A stretch of 64,000 nt of DNA from Candidatus Omnitrophota bacterium (GTDB lineage Bacteria > Omnitrophota > Gorgyraeia > Gorgyraeales > Gorgyraeaceae): NCBI GenBank assembly GCA_043822665.1, contig JBDRBM010000050.1:22038-86037 (forward strand), written 5' to 3'. The number at the start of each line of letters is the position of its first letter. The first letter of the stretch is position 1. Under the pieces are notes generated by a model. It saw only the letters and a program-made list of their open reading frames with translations. It ran no database searches and was not told the DNA's origin. Positions 34,169 through 44,596 of this stretch are shown piece by piece. A program made the position numbers and the translations under genes.

Positions 34169-35992
34169 TTACTCTTCTTTCCAGAACCTAAATGGTTTCT
34201 TCTTTTGTGATTCTGGCTTTATAGCGCCTTTTGTGTTTATAGTCCATGTCCTTTCTTCAGGCACTGGATCTATCTCATCGGAGTCTATTTCGCCGTTATT
34301 ATTTACGTCTTTTGCGGCCTGGACTTTAAAATAGTGATTACCTTCTGATAGGCCCTCTTTCTTTGCGGAGTTCTCGATTAACCAGTCAGACCACTCCTCA
34401 TTGTCAAACTTCCATCTGAACACACATCCGCTTGTAGTAGCCTTAAATGTAAACAGGGCCTCTGTGGAAGCGGTAATAAGATTTGGCCCGCTGGTTATTA
34501 TGGTGTCCGGCGCTATTATTACAAGCTCTATGGTATCATTAAATATCTCGGATGTATTACCCGCGTTATCCTTAAACTTCACATAGACCTTTCTCGTGCC
34601 GCTTATAGCAGGCAATATCCAGTTATCCTTTTTAACGCTAAACGACTCCCATGGTTCAGTATCAAATACTCCGTCATTAGAGACAGACATGCTCTTAATG
34701 CCTGTATTGGAATCAACCGCGTTTATGGTTAGACTTACATAAACAGAATTGGTAAGCGAATCCTGATTGTTAATAATTATCGAGCCAGTGGGAGCAGCTG
34801 TATCCACAACGAAACTCCAGACCAGCGGCGAGGTCTTATTGCCCACGATATCGCTCACTTCAAACGATACGACATTGTCGCCATCGCTCAAAGGTATTGA
34901 AGGGACATAAATTACGCTTTGAATATTCTGGTCATAACTTGCCTGGACACTCGCGTGATTTATCTTCATTGTTATGCCATCAGGATTAACGCCGCTTTTA
35001 TCATCTGAAACACTTATGGAAATAGTAGGGGCATCAGTAGCCATAATAGTCCCGTTAGAAGGAGAATAATTCCCTACCACAGGAGAGCCCCTGTCTATCC
35101 ATATCTCAAAATTAGCGGTTTCTGTCCAGTTTCCAGCTGTATTCTGCGCCTTAAGATTAAACACCCTTACGCCATCATTAAGTAAGTTTCCCTGTGCCTG
35201 ATAGGACGTGCTCTTTGTATCAATCTGATCATCAGGTAAGCTGCCCCATGCATAGCTGTATCCGGCAACGTCTATTCCTGTAACAGGATATTCCCAATAG
35301 AGATAAGGCGTTGCGCATCCCTGCCATAATTTAGCAGGTATATTTGCGCCTGCGGGAGATACTCTTGCCCATATCACAGGGGCATCCAGGGCAGTTGTAC
35401 TAAGCCTGAAACCTCTCTGCGCCACCTGCCACCCTGAATAATCATAGCCATCGTTGACCCTTACACGCCACCTGTAACTAATACCCTGCTCATCTGTAGG
35501 AAGTATTGGGGTCGTAAAACTGTTATCGGAAGAAGAGATAAGAGTAGAGTCCACTATAAAGGTCTTAAAATTATCCTTTGAAACCTGGACCTGGTAATAA
35601 CGCTGTGGGTCTGTATCCTTGTCTTCATATGACCAGCTAAGTGCCGGAGTATCATCTAAAACAATTTCACCATCGTTAAAAGATGTAATGTTGACAGTGG
35701 GTATACTGTTCATGGTAGAAAGTATACCTGCGTAAATCTTGTAATTAGTGCCTATGGCGGGCTTGGTGCCCAAAGGAAAACCCATACTATTTTCAGCATT
35801 ATAACTGTCGGAGGCCCCTTTCATGCCTCCTCCGTCAACTGCCGCGGTATACAGCTTATAACTCTTACTGCTGGAAATAGCGGCCAAGGAAGTGCCTATA
35901 AAAATAAAAAAGACTATTATAAAAAATATAATAGCTTTTTTCTGTAAATTTATATTTCTGAAATTGAAATATAGATTAAGCATATTCAACAC
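34169..35992 (-). CDS. Large secreted/anchored beta-rich (Ig/FN3-like repeat) protein.
   Basis: N-terminal hydrophobic anchor. 607 aa rich in T/S/N/D/G beta-strand repeats. Lies within the pilus/secretion block. Confidence 0.5.
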   Translation of the reverse strand: MLNMLNLYFNFRNINLQKKAIIFFIIVFFIFIGTSLAAISSSKSYKLYTAAVDGGGMKGASDSYNAENSMGFPLGTKPAIGTNYKIYAGILSTMNSIPTVNITSFNDGEIVLDDTPALSWSYEDKDTDPQRYYQVQVSKDNFKTFIVDSTLISSSDNSFTTPILPTDEQGISYRWRVRVNDGYDYSGWQVAQRGFRLSTTALDAPVIWARVSPAGANIPAKLWQGCATPYLYWEYPVTGIDVAGYSYAWGSLPDDQIDTKSTSYQAQGNLLNDGVRVFNLKAQNTAGNWTETANFEIWIDRGSPVVGNYSPSNGTIMATDAPTISISVSDDKSGVNPDGITMKINHASVQASYDQNIQSVIYVPSIPLSDGDNVVSFEVSDIVGNKTSPLVWSFVVDTAAPTGSIIINNQDSLTNSVYVSLTINAVDSNTGIKSMSVSNDGVFDTEPWESFSVKKDNWILPAISGTRKVYVKFKDNAGNTSEIFNDTIELVIIAPDTIITSGPNLITASTEALFTFKATTSGCVFRWKFDNEEWSDWLIENSAKKEGLSEGNHYFKVQAAKDVNNNGEIDSDEIDPVPEERTWTINTKGAIKPESQKKKPFRFWKEE

Positions 35993-36005
35993 AAGTTAGG
36001 CAGAA

Positions 36006-36045
36006 CAAGCTTTGCGGTTACAACTCTATGTAGCTGCAAAGCTTG
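36006..36045 (-). terminator. Hairpin (caagctttgc…gcaaagcttg) downstream of the giant pseudopilin gene.
   Basis: 10-bp perfect stem, ~20-nt loop, no clear T-run. This may be an attenuator or RNA-processing site rather than a strong terminator. Confidence 0.3.
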
Positions 36046-36131
36046 CTTTGCCATTCCGCACTTTCAAATTCCATACAATTAATTATATTCTCCCAGTCTT
36101 AAAAAATCAAGGGTTTTTTATCTTTTATGCC

Positions 36132-39100
36132 TTACCGCTCAAAGACCGCCCAGATCTTTTTTTCTGAAAGGACTTTGTCTTTTTCCATGACTTGACCGGT
36201 TACGATAATACGATAGACGTCGGAATGTACAGTAATAAGATTTGAGATCTGTTTAAACCTGAGTTTTTTATCTGACTCTTCTGAACCCAAGGCATCCGCT
36301 GAAACTAGATCGCCTATGCCAAACCCCAGATTGTTTTTATTGCCAAATACCCTGTTACTTATAATGCTATCCGCGACCTGTTCATTGATCCCGGGTAAAA
36401 CATTCAATACCTTCTTTGAAGCAGTATTTATGTTTATTCTGCCATCCATTGAGTTTACAGGGTCAAGTCTTATAAAATCAAAATGCGCGGCGCCTGTCTT
36501 AGAGGTATTTTTTATCTTTAATTCAAGGGTGCCTTTTGGCGTGGATATAGGACTGCCTGTTCCGACTTCTATATTACCAAAAAGTATGCTTCCATCAGGA
36601 CCAGGAGTAAGAAAAGGGGTAAAAGCGCTCCACGTGCCATCGGCTAAATGAAGTGACGCTGATATCTCTTCTTCCTCTTCTCCAAATATCCTCAAGACAT
36701 AATATCCGTCTTTCAACCCATCTTTTGATTCCCAGCGCCACATGCCTATAGAATCCACTTTACCGCTTTCAAAATGGTCTGTATAAGGAAACGCCCTTTG
36801 AACAAGCTTCCATCCGCCTTCTTCTCCTTCTGCTATATGCCCTTCCGCCTCAAGCCTTAAGCCAAATACTGTCAGTCTGTCAGCTATCTTTGCAACATCG
36901 CTCATTGAGATTTGCTCCCATTCTTTCAGGCTCAATGCCACATAGGCAATCTCTCCGGGTGATGAGAAATTTTTATTCTTCACATTGACCTCTGTTACAT
37001 CGTGTTCTATTATCTCCTCCTCTATCTCCTCTTCCATGCCATCATTGTCATTCGGCAGCCCTGGCGTTGCGCCCTTTTCAGCTTTTGAAGAATACCAATT
37101 ATCCGGCACGCCGTTAGAATTAGAGTCGAGGATATAGCTGGGGTCTGATTTTTCCATGCTTATATTAAAGCTGACATTCCCGCTAAAGTATTCTTCTGTA
37201 TCTACTATATGTCCCATAGGGTCTTTTAGTGTAATTATATTCCCTCCAGGGAAAACATCGTTGGAAAGAAGATCGGAGTCAGGGGTAATTGAGCGTAAAA
37301 AATGCAACTCTACTGAGCTTTCCTTGCCCCAGATGGATAAAAATGATATTCCATTGTTTCCAATGCCTTCCCGAGAATCATCTTTATCCACACAAAGAGC
37401 TAGATGACCGTGCGGCTGAATAATTGTTCCTAACGGGATAGAGGCAGGCCACCCCTCTCTACTTGGCCCTTCTATGCTCCAGCCTCCGAGGTCGACTTCT
37501 CTGGGTGTAAGATTTACCAGTTCTATGCATTCTCCGTCAGGCTCCTGGCTCAATTCTATAGACCTAAAGGATGTCGAACCTGTTGTAAGATTATTTTGGA
37601 CGCTGATAGTCAGTTTTCCTCTGCTAACCTTGACTGTCTTGCCAGCTCCAAATAAATCCCCATCCAGCATGTTCCTTGAATGAGAACCATCTATCTCCAC
37701 ATCTCCTATTGCCTGTCCTGAACCGCTCCCGAACAACTTTACATAATAAGTTCCTTCGGGTATGTCCTTCCATATCCATATCCCCTCGCCTGTGCGGCCG
37801 CCGTTTGGCTCATTATTCTGGTAGTAACCTCCCTGCCAATGCCAGTCACCGCCTGGCTCCTGGCCGCTAAAAGTGCCTCTGGCAATAACAGGTTTAACCA
37901 TTATTTCATTTATCCTTATGCCTTCTATGCCCCGCACCTCTAAAGAACTAAAACCTTCCTGTCCCAACCTCGGATACAATTCCAGGCGAGAAAAATAACA
38001 GGCTCTATCCTCTTCTGAGTTAGTAATAGTCAGGTTCAATATCCTGTTTTCAAACAAAACAGGGCCTATCCTCAATATCTCTCCGTGTTTAACAGATGAT
38101 TGTGTCATGCCATTTATATCAATATCCCCGATCAATTCGTCCCCGACACCGAATACCCCGATATAATATTCCCCTTCCGGCAAATTCATCCAGCTGATGA
38201 CAAGTGGATCCCCTTTTGACACATCGCTTTCATAATGACCGTTTTTCCAGATCCAGTCACCTATAGGCCCTCTATTTATAGCATATATACCGCTATATAA
38301 TTTTGTAACAATGCTCTGGCTAAAATCCTCATCACAGGCATCTATTATATTAACCGCTTTCTGAAATGGGTCTGTGCATCCGGATTCTTCCATGAGTATT
38401 GCCAAAGATGAGGCCTTCATGAAATTTATATTCTCGCGCAGGCGGCCCTCTACATCGGTATTCTTATCTACGGAATAAGATGTTATATATGCGTATATGT
38501 TGTTGAATTTATCCTTGGCCATGGAGCCTATCTTCGCAAGTTCAAAAGGTGTCTGGAAGGGATTATCATCACCGTAAGGCGAATCCGGAACAAATTCCAT
38601 TGGCTCATCTATCCCCTCGCCAGCCTCGTCGATTAACCCGTCCGCATTATTATCTATCCCGTCAGAACCAAGCGCCCTCTGGTTTTGATTATCATCAACA
38701 CCAGCCTCGCCAGGGCCTCCATCCAAGCCATACCTATGATTAATTATACCCTCATAAACTTTTTCGGAATCGGCTAGGTTGAAAAAAGTAAGAAATTGTT
38801 TGAGATCCAATTCGTAGGGTGTCCAGCCTTCTGTCAGTTTTAAAGGAGATTGGTTATGCGTATTTGCGATATTTATATTCAAAAGACTTGTCTCGTCTCT
38901 CACTAAAACCGCGTAACGGCCTACCGCGTCACCCGCGTCATCATATATATATATCCATTTTGAATCATTTTCTCCGTCACCATCATTATCAATATCAGAA
39001 CCAGTAAAAACCGTATACCATTTGTCTTCGAAACTATCTATTTTTCTATCATCTTCCTTAAGCACTGCCTGGGCGTAGTCAATGCCGGCCTCGGCAAGAT

Positions 39101-39242
39101 AAGTTGCCCTTGTTGCCTCAAGATAATTAGTCGCGGCCTTTAATTCAAGCCGCATTGTAAAGGCAAAGGAAACCGCCATTATGCCTGTAACAGCCAGTAC
39201 ACTTACAACCAGTATTAAAGCGATACCCTCATTATTTTTCAT
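36132..39242 (-). CDS. Giant GspK/PilX-like minor pseudopilin (1036 aa) with a large central insertion.
   Basis: N-terminus GIALILVVSVLAVTGIMAVSFAFTMRLELKAA matches the T2SS-K family. The C-terminus has the GspK helix-hairpin-helix (GRININTASKKVLNVLPGI…). The central ~700 aa contain three repeats of a W-x-W…G-Y-Y module. Confidence 0.6.
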   Translation of the reverse strand: MKNNEGIALILVVSVLAVTGIMAVSFAFTMRLELKAATNYLEATRATYLAEAGIDYAQAVLKEDDRKIDSFEDKWYTVFTGSDIDNDGDGENDSKWIYIYDDAGDAVGRYAVLVRDETSLLNINIANTHNQSPLKLTEGWTPYELDLKQFLTFFNLADSEKVYEGIINHRYGLDGGPGEAGVDDNQNQRALGSDGIDNNADGLIDEAGEGIDEPMEFVPDSPYGDDNPFQTPFELAKIGSMAKDKFNNIYAYITSYSVDKNTDVEGRLRENINFMKASSLAILMEESGCTDPFQKAVNIIDACDEDFSQSIVTKLYSGIYAINRGPIGDWIWKNGHYESDVSKGDPLVISWMNLPEGEYYIGVFGVGDELIGDIDINGMTQSSVKHGEILRIGPVLFENRILNLTITNSEEDRACYFSRLELYPRLGQEGFSSLEVRGIEGIRINEIMVKPVIARGTFSGQEPGGDWHWQGGYYQNNEPNGGRTGEGIWIWKDIPEGTYYVKLFGSGSGQAIGDVEIDGSHSRNMLDGDLFGAGKTVKVSRGKLTISVQNNLTTGSTSFRSIELSQEPDGECIELVNLTPREVDLGGWSIEGPSREGWPASIPLGTIIQPHGHLALCVDKDDSREGIGNNGISFLSIWGKESSVELHFLRSITPDSDLLSNDVFPGGNIITLKDPMGHIVDTEEYFSGNVSFNISMEKSDPSYILDSNSNGVPDNWYSSKAEKGATPGLPNDNDGMEEEIEEEIIEHDVTEVNVKNKNFSSPGEIAYVALSLKEWEQISMSDVAKIADRLTVFGLRLEAEGHIAEGEEGGWKLVQRAFPYTDHFESGKVDSIGMWRWESKDGLKDGYYVLRIFGEEEEEISASLHLADGTWSAFTPFLTPGPDGSILFGNIEVGTGSPISTPKGTLELKIKNTSKTGAAHFDFIRLDPVNSMDGRININTASKKVLNVLPGINEQVADSIISNRVFGNKNNLGFGIGDLVSADALGSEESDKKLRFKQISNLITVHSDVYRIIVTGQVMEKDKVLSEKKIWAVFER

Positions 39243-39271
39243 TATTAACCATTATATATAATAGACAACTA

Positions 39272-39309
39272 AATTGCAAACTTGCAATTAAATTGCAAAC
39301 TTGCAATTA
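39272..39309. promoter_or_regulatory. Tandem duplicated 19-bp palindromic motif (aattgcaaacttgcaatta x2) upstream of the giant pseudopilin gene.
   Basis: Two perfect copies lie 30-67 bp upstream of the start codon. An AT-rich TATATATAAT box sits between the repeats and the ATG. Confidence 0.45.
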
Positions 39310-39339
39310 AAAAACCCCGTCCGCTGTCTGCGGACGGGG
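39309..39339 (-). terminator. Rho-independent terminator of the 39369-40043 gene.
   Basis: The hairpin CCCCGTCCGC-tgtc-GCGGACGGGG is followed on the minus strand by a T-run. Confidence 0.7.
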
Positions 39340-39368
39340 TATGTATCTGAGAGAAGTCCGGTAAGCTA

Positions 39369-40043
39369 TTATTTATTTTTTATCTTTGCAATAAGATCCT
39401 GTATCAGCTTGCCTGCAATGTCCTTTGAGCCCAGTCCTACCGCTATAGCAAAAGCAAGACCCATGGAAGCCAATATGATGTTTATGGCAAGGTTTAATAC
39501 AGACGACGCGATATTGAGCTGTTCCAGAGTTATTATCACGGCAAATATCATGATAACTGTCTGTGTGACCTGTCCGAGGAATTTTGCCTGTGGTACTCCG
39601 GAATTACTGGAAGCTGTGCGCACTACTGTGCCTATCATACTGGAGAAAAATATACCCAAGGCCAGGATAAACACAGCCGCGATTACGTTGGGTATATACA
39701 GAATAACTTTATCCAGCAATGAAGCTGCAACTGTCATGCCAAAGGCATTTAAGGCAGTCATGAATACCAATAACATTACAAGCCAATAGATGAGCACGCC
39801 TATTAATTCAGATAACGTGTGCCTTATGCCGCCCCGTCTCAATACATCGGTAAGCCCTGACTTTTCACTGGCTGTATCCAGCTGGATAAGCTTCAATAGT
39901 TTTATCACTACATTCTTAAGGATCCCGGCTATGATCCATCCTACAATAAGTATAACAAATACACCTATAAGTGTAGGTAAAAACCCGGCCACCCTTGCCA
40001 GCATCTCTTTTACTGGCTCCATAACTACAAAATTCCAGTCCAT
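39369..40043 (-). CDS. Small polytopic membrane protein with conserved TM-helix repeats (MscS-associated family-like).
   Basis: 224 aa with repeated hydrophobic helix motif. Family call is tentative. Confidence 0.45.
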   Translation of the reverse strand: MDWNFVVMEPVKEMLARVAGFLPTLIGVFVILIVGWIIAGILKNVVIKLLKLIQLDTASEKSGLTDVLRRGGIRHTLSELIGVLIYWLVMLLVFMTALNAFGMTVAASLLDKVILYIPNVIAAVFILALGIFFSSMIGTVVRTASSNSGVPQAKFLGQVTQTVIMIFAVIITLEQLNIASSVLNLAINIILASMGLAFAIAVGLGSKDIAGKLIQDLIAKIKNK

Positions 40044-40169
40044 ATAACCCTCCCTTCTTTCTAAAACAAGAAGTATACATTACCAATATGCAATCGTCAA
40101 GGGCACCCCCTTCAAATCCCTTCAAAACAAAGCGCGGCTAAAGCTCACCGTTGTGGTTGCAGGTCAGGA

Positions 40170-40925
40170 TTATTTTTTTGCCTTGCCTTGTTTGGCCACA
40201 GACTCCATGGCCTTTCTCACTTTTTCAGGGTCACCCAAGTAGTAGCGCTTGATGGGGGTTAAATCAGGGTTGAGTTCGTATAATAGAGGTATGCCTGTAG
40301 GGATATTTAATTTCACTATTGCCTCATCTGAAACATTATCCAGATATTTTACAAGGGCCCTTAGACTGTTACCATGCGCGGCTATAATGACCTTTTTGCC
40401 TGACTTTATAGCAGGCGCGATAGTCTCGTGCCAGTATGGCAGAAACCTATTTACTGTATCCTTTAAACATTCTGTCAACGGAATATCTTTTTCATCCAAA
40501 TCTTTATATATAGGATCATTTCCGGGATAACGCGGGTCATCTTTCTTTAAAGTCTCGGGCGGTATATCATAACTCCTTCTCCATATGAGTACTTGCTCAT
40601 CTCCAAACTTCCGCGCTGTTTCTGATTTATTCAAGCCCTGCAATGCGCCGTAATGCCTTTCGTTTAATCTCCATGAACGGTAAACAGGTATCCATATTAA
40701 ATCCATCTCGTCCAGCACAATCCACAATGTCCTTATAGCCCTTTTTAAGACAGATGTAAACGCGATATCAAATACATAACCTTCTTTCTTCAGGACCCTG
40801 CCCGCTTCCTTTGCCTCCTCTATGCCTTTACTGGACAAATCCACATCTGTCCACCCAGTGAATTTATTCTCTTTATTCCAGATACTTTCTCCATGCCTTA
40901 AAAGCACCAGTTTTATGTCTTTCAT
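40170..40925 (-). CDS. gpmA: 2,3-bisphosphoglycerate-dependent phosphoglycerate mutase.
   Basis: [26 protein letters not shown] catalytic-His motif. The likely start is MKDIKL at 40925; the ORF track extends to 40976. Confidence 0.85.
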   Translation of the reverse strand: MKDIKLVLLRHGESIWNKENKFTGWTDVDLSSKGIEEAKEAGRVLKKEGYVFDIAFTSVLKRAIRTLWIVLDEMDLIWIPVYRSWRLNERHYGALQGLNKSETARKFGDEQVLIWRRSYDIPPETLKKDDPRYPGNDPIYKDLDEKDIPLTECLKDTVNRFLPYWHETIAPAIKSGKKVIIAAHGNSLRALVKYLDNVSDEAIVKLNIPTGIPLLYELNPDLTPIKRYYLGDPEKVRKAMESVAKQGKAKK

Positions 40926-41113
40926 AGATGATCTCCTTATTTTTTTTAATATACACCAATGTTGTACAAAAATCAAAGAAAATCTTTATCGGAGTTAATC
41001 TCATAACGATCTTTGTAACTACTCTTTTCGTCAGAGATTCCTATGCTGGAAACAGCTTGTTCTTGTATTTTCTTTATGCTAATATAATAAACATACTTGA
41101 TCAGGTATTCTGA

Positions 41114-41836
41114 TTGATGAAGATAATAAAGATAATGATTAAATTAATATTAAATAAGATCTTCTCTAAATGCAAAGTTTTTGAGAAAGAAAGAATCTCT
41201 AATAAAAATATTAATAAATATTCTTATAATAAAGATAAGGCGAGATATATATTTGCCAAGAAATTCATTATTGGCAACAGAATTCTTAATATAGCGTGCG
41301 GGGAAGGATACGGGTCAGCCCTCCTTTCCCAGAATAATGATCATTTTATTTACGGATTAGACCTGTCGGAAAAGGCAATATCTTTTGCTAAAGCGAATTT
41401 TATAAATAAAAAATTAACGTTTTATGTAGGCGATGCTTATAACACAAAGTTTGAAAATAATTTATTTACATCCATAGTTTCAATAGAAACCCTGGAGCAT
41501 CTTAAAGACCATGCCGGGTTTTTGTCAGAACTCAGGAGAATTTTAAAGAAAGATGGGTTGCTGATCATATCTTCTTCTGAAAAAGTTATTAAGGATAAAT
41601 TTTTTGACAATCCTCATCATATAAACTTATTATACAAAGATGGCATAGAAAATTTATTAAAAAAATACTTTACTGTAACCGCTATTTATTGTCAGGCGCC
41701 TCTAATAAAAAATCCTTCTTTCATGCTTTACCCGAGTCTGGCCTTTTCTAGTATATTCTTAAGTAGAAAAATTGTTAAAGATAGATCATGTTTGACTGGT
41801 ACAAATTGCATATTTATTTGCAGAAATAATCTGTAA
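41114..41836 (+). CDS. Class I SAM-dependent methyltransferase.
   Basis: Motif I NILNIACGEGYGSALL. Typical ~240-aa size. Confidence 0.7.
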   Translation: MMKIIKIMIKLILNKIFSKCKVFEKERISNKNINKYSYNKDKARYIFAKKFIIGNRILNIACGEGYGSALLSQNNDHFIYGLDLSEKAISFAKANFINKKLTFYVGDAYNTKFENNLFTSIVSIETLEHLKDHAGFLSELRRILKKDGLLIISSSEKVIKDKFFDNPHHINLLYKDGIENLLKKYFTVTAIYCQAPLIKNPSFMLYPSLAFSSIFLSRKIVKDRSCLTGTNCIFICRNNL

Positions 41837-41843
41837 CTTTGAA

Positions 41844-43445
41844 TTGTCAGTTTTTATTATGCCTAAGAGAAGAATGAATTTTGAAAAATTAGCCCTGTTA
41901 ATCCTTGTAGGAACGGTTTTTTTTCACGCGCTGGTGAATTTTTATATTTTAGATCAAAGTAGGCTCCTCAGGGAAAACGATGAAGAAGGATATATCTATG
42001 AAAGTATTGAGTTTTACCAAAAGTTAATATCCGGACAACCTGAATATGGAGCAATAGCCACTGGTTTGTGGCATGAATATTCAAGCCGAGGATTTATTCA
42101 CTATGCTGAAGGTTTAATTTTGATCTTTTTAAATAAAATAGATTTAAAAGATGTTAACCTGATGATTGTGCTCACAAATGCTTTCTTCCTTCTTATTCTT
42201 CTGATAGCTACATACAAAATTGGTTCACTGCTTTACAACAAAAAGGTAGGCCTGCTTGCGGCTGTTTTACTTTCCTTTAGTCCTCAACTTTTTAGCCACT
42301 TAAGACTAAACATGTTAGATTTCCCTGTAGCTGCCATGGTTTCTTTATTTTTTTTATGTTTGTTAAAAACTAATAGGCTGACTTCAACATTTTTTAGCCT
42401 GCTTTCGGGCATCATTTTTATGTTAGCTGAGGCTACCAAGGAAACAGCTGTCATATTTATTTTTCCGGTAGTGTTATTTTATTTCTTTACATCCTTGTCG
42501 TTTAGAGAAAAAAGAAAAAGAAGAGTCATAAATTTTATTATTATTTTTATACTGTTATTTTCCCGCGTTGCGATGGTTTATTTTTGTAATAATAGATTTC
42601 TTATGCGATACGGATTGTGGAAAATATTCTGGAAAAATAACGCTGGTGATATTTTTTATTACATAAAAAGTATCCCTTTGTACTATTTTGGCCTGATTCT
42701 TTCGATCGCTTTAATCTTGCCTCTTTTTTCTTATGCGTTAAATATCCGGAAAAGAAATAAATTTTTATTTTCTTGGCTATTTATTCCATTCTTATTATTT
42801 TCTTTTTCTATTAATAAGACGTCGCGATTTTTACTCCCCGCTTTACCTCCTTTTTTTTTACTTTTAATTGCGGAATTATTTACACGGGTATCTAAATTTC
42901 GAAGAGTATATATTCCTATTTTATTCGCTCTGGCTATTTTTCAATACGCGATATTAAGTTTTTTTCCTAACCTCAGCGCATTGTATCCTAAATTTGAAAT
43001 GGGCTTATTGTCTATCAAAAAGGATCCTGAGTTCTATAAATTTGAAAGACTGATGAGCATCTTTGCGCAGGAACAATCTCTTTCTTCTAAAAAAAATAGA
43101 GTTGTATTTACCGCCTATACCTCATATAGTAATGTCTTGGATTATGAATTTAAAATAAAAAATATGCCTTTTTTTGTAGATCGGTCTCAAAGAGAAATTT
43201 TAACAAATCTTAACCCGCCACGTATAAAAGATTTGAGGAAATATTTATTGACCGCTGATTACGTGGTAGATAATACAGATGCCCCTTGGGAATGCGCGGG
43301 TCCGTTGGAAGAGATGACCAGGGCTCTTAAAGAAAATTTAAGGCTTAACTATAAGATGTATATCAAAATAGGCGGATTTAATATCGAAAACAAAAAATCT
43401 ATAAATGTATATAAGAGAATAAAAAAATATGGTGCCGCTTCTTAG
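41844..43445 (+). CDS. GT39/ArnT-PMT-like polytopic glycosyltransferase.
   Basis: 533 aa with ~12 TM segments and extended loop regions resembling the dolichyl-phosphate-mannose / undecaprenyl-phosphate-sugar transferase family. Confidence 0.55.
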   Translation: MSVFIMPKRRMNFEKLALLILVGTVFFHALVNFYILDQSRLLRENDEEGYIYESIEFYQKLISGQPEYGAIATGLWHEYSSRGFIHYAEGLILIFLNKIDLKDVNLMIVLTNAFFLLILLIATYKIGSLLYNKKVGLLAAVLLSFSPQLFSHLRLNMLDFPVAAMVSLFFLCLLKTNRLTSTFFSLLSGIIFMLAEATKETAVIFIFPVVLFYFFTSLSFREKRKRRVINFIIIFILLFSRVAMVYFCNNRFLMRYGLWKIFWKNNAGDIFYYIKSIPLYYFGLILSIALILPLFSYALNIRKRNKFLFSWLFIPFLLFSFSINKTSRFLLPALPPFFLLLIAELFTRVSKFRRVYIPILFALAIFQYAILSFFPNLSALYPKFEMGLLSIKKDPEFYKFERLMSIFAQEQSLSSKKNRVVFTAYTSYSNVLDYEFKIKNMPFFVDRSQREILTNLNPPRIKDLRKYLLTADYVVDNTDAPWECAGPLEEMTRALKENLRLNYKMYIKIGGFNIENKKSINVYKRIKKYGAAS

Positions 43446-44571
43446 GTATATTGATATTTTATTAGGTAGAATATTGTATAGTATCTTTAATCAGGCCCCT
43501 TTTTTGAACAAATCAGCTGATAATATTAATGGCGCGGTTAAAAAGATACTTCTGATAAAACTTTGGGGAATAGGTAACCTTACGATCATTTGGCCGCTTA
43601 TTCATAAAATAAGAGAGGCGTATCCTGATTCTCATATTTTTTTTCTTACCTTTGATTTAAACAGGGCTTTTATGGAGAAGAATAGATGCATTGATAAAAT
43701 CATTTATTTTAGATTTACAAAAAATATTTTTATAATAATAATTAACTACTTTAGGGCTTTGGTAAAACTTAGGGTGGAGAGGCTGGACCTGGTTATTAAC
43801 TTTGAAACCTTTAATAACGCGTCATCTTTATTTTCTTTTCTCACTAATGCCCATATACGCCTAGGCATAAACAATAAATATGAGAAAATATTTTATAATC
43901 ACTGGGTTAACAATAGCCCTGACTTACATATTTCACAAATATATACAAACCTTCTAAAATTATTGCCTATTAATTTTGATTATAATTATTTCTATTTCTC
44001 CAAATCAAAAGAAAATGATAGAAAAATAGCTGGTTTACTGCAAGATTTAAAAATAGATCGATTTATTTGTATTCACCCGGGAACAAGTGAAAATTTTAAA
44101 GGTAAAAGGTGGCCGTGGTTTAATTTTTCTGAATTATCGAATCTAATGCTGCAGCGATATAACATTCCTTTAATTTTTACAGGTACCGAGTTAGAAAAAA
44201 GGACCGTGGCAAATATAATCAAAAAGATAAAACCAAAAGATAAAATTTTTAACTTTGTAGGGCATCTAAATATCTGGGAATATGTAGAATTAATAAGGAG
44301 GAGTTTTTTATTTATTTCAAATGATACAGGGCCAGCTCACCTTGCGGCATCACTGGGGATAAATACCGTTATTTTTTATGGGCCGACTTCTCCTCTTAGA
44401 TATAGGCCTCTTACGAAAAATTCCGTTATTTACTATAAGAATTTAAAATGCGGGCCATGCGTTGGGTCTAATTATCTAAATAAAAAATGTCGAAATAAAT
44501 TTAAGTGTCTGGATTTTACGCCTAAGGAAATAGTGTTGAAAATTTCGGAAAAATTTTTTAATGAAAAGTAA
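43429..44571 (+). CDS. ADP-heptose:LPS heptosyltransferase-like (glycosyltransferase family 9).
   Basis: GT9 motifs (ILLIKLWGIGNLT…, …SNDTGPAHLAASLGINTVIFYGPTSP…). Confidence 0.8.
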   Translation: MVPLLRYIDILLGRILYSIFNQAPFLNKSADNINGAVKKILLIKLWGIGNLTIIWPLIHKIREAYPDSHIFFLTFDLNRAFMEKNRCIDKIIYFRFTKNIFIIIINYFRALVKLRVERLDLVINFETFNNASSLFSFLTNAHIRLGINNKYEKIFYNHWVNNSPDLHISQIYTNLLKLLPINFDYNYFYFSKSKENDRKIAGLLQDLKIDRFICIHPGTSENFKGKRWPWFNFSELSNLMLQRYNIPLIFTGTELEKRTVANIIKKIKPKDKIFNFVGHLNIWEYVELIRRSFLFISNDTGPAHLAASLGINTVIFYGPTSPLRYRPLTKNSVIYYKNLKCGPCVGSNYLNKKCRNKFKCLDFTPKEIVLKISEKFFNEK

Positions 44572-44596
44572 CCGGCCTCTAATTAATAGAGGCCGG

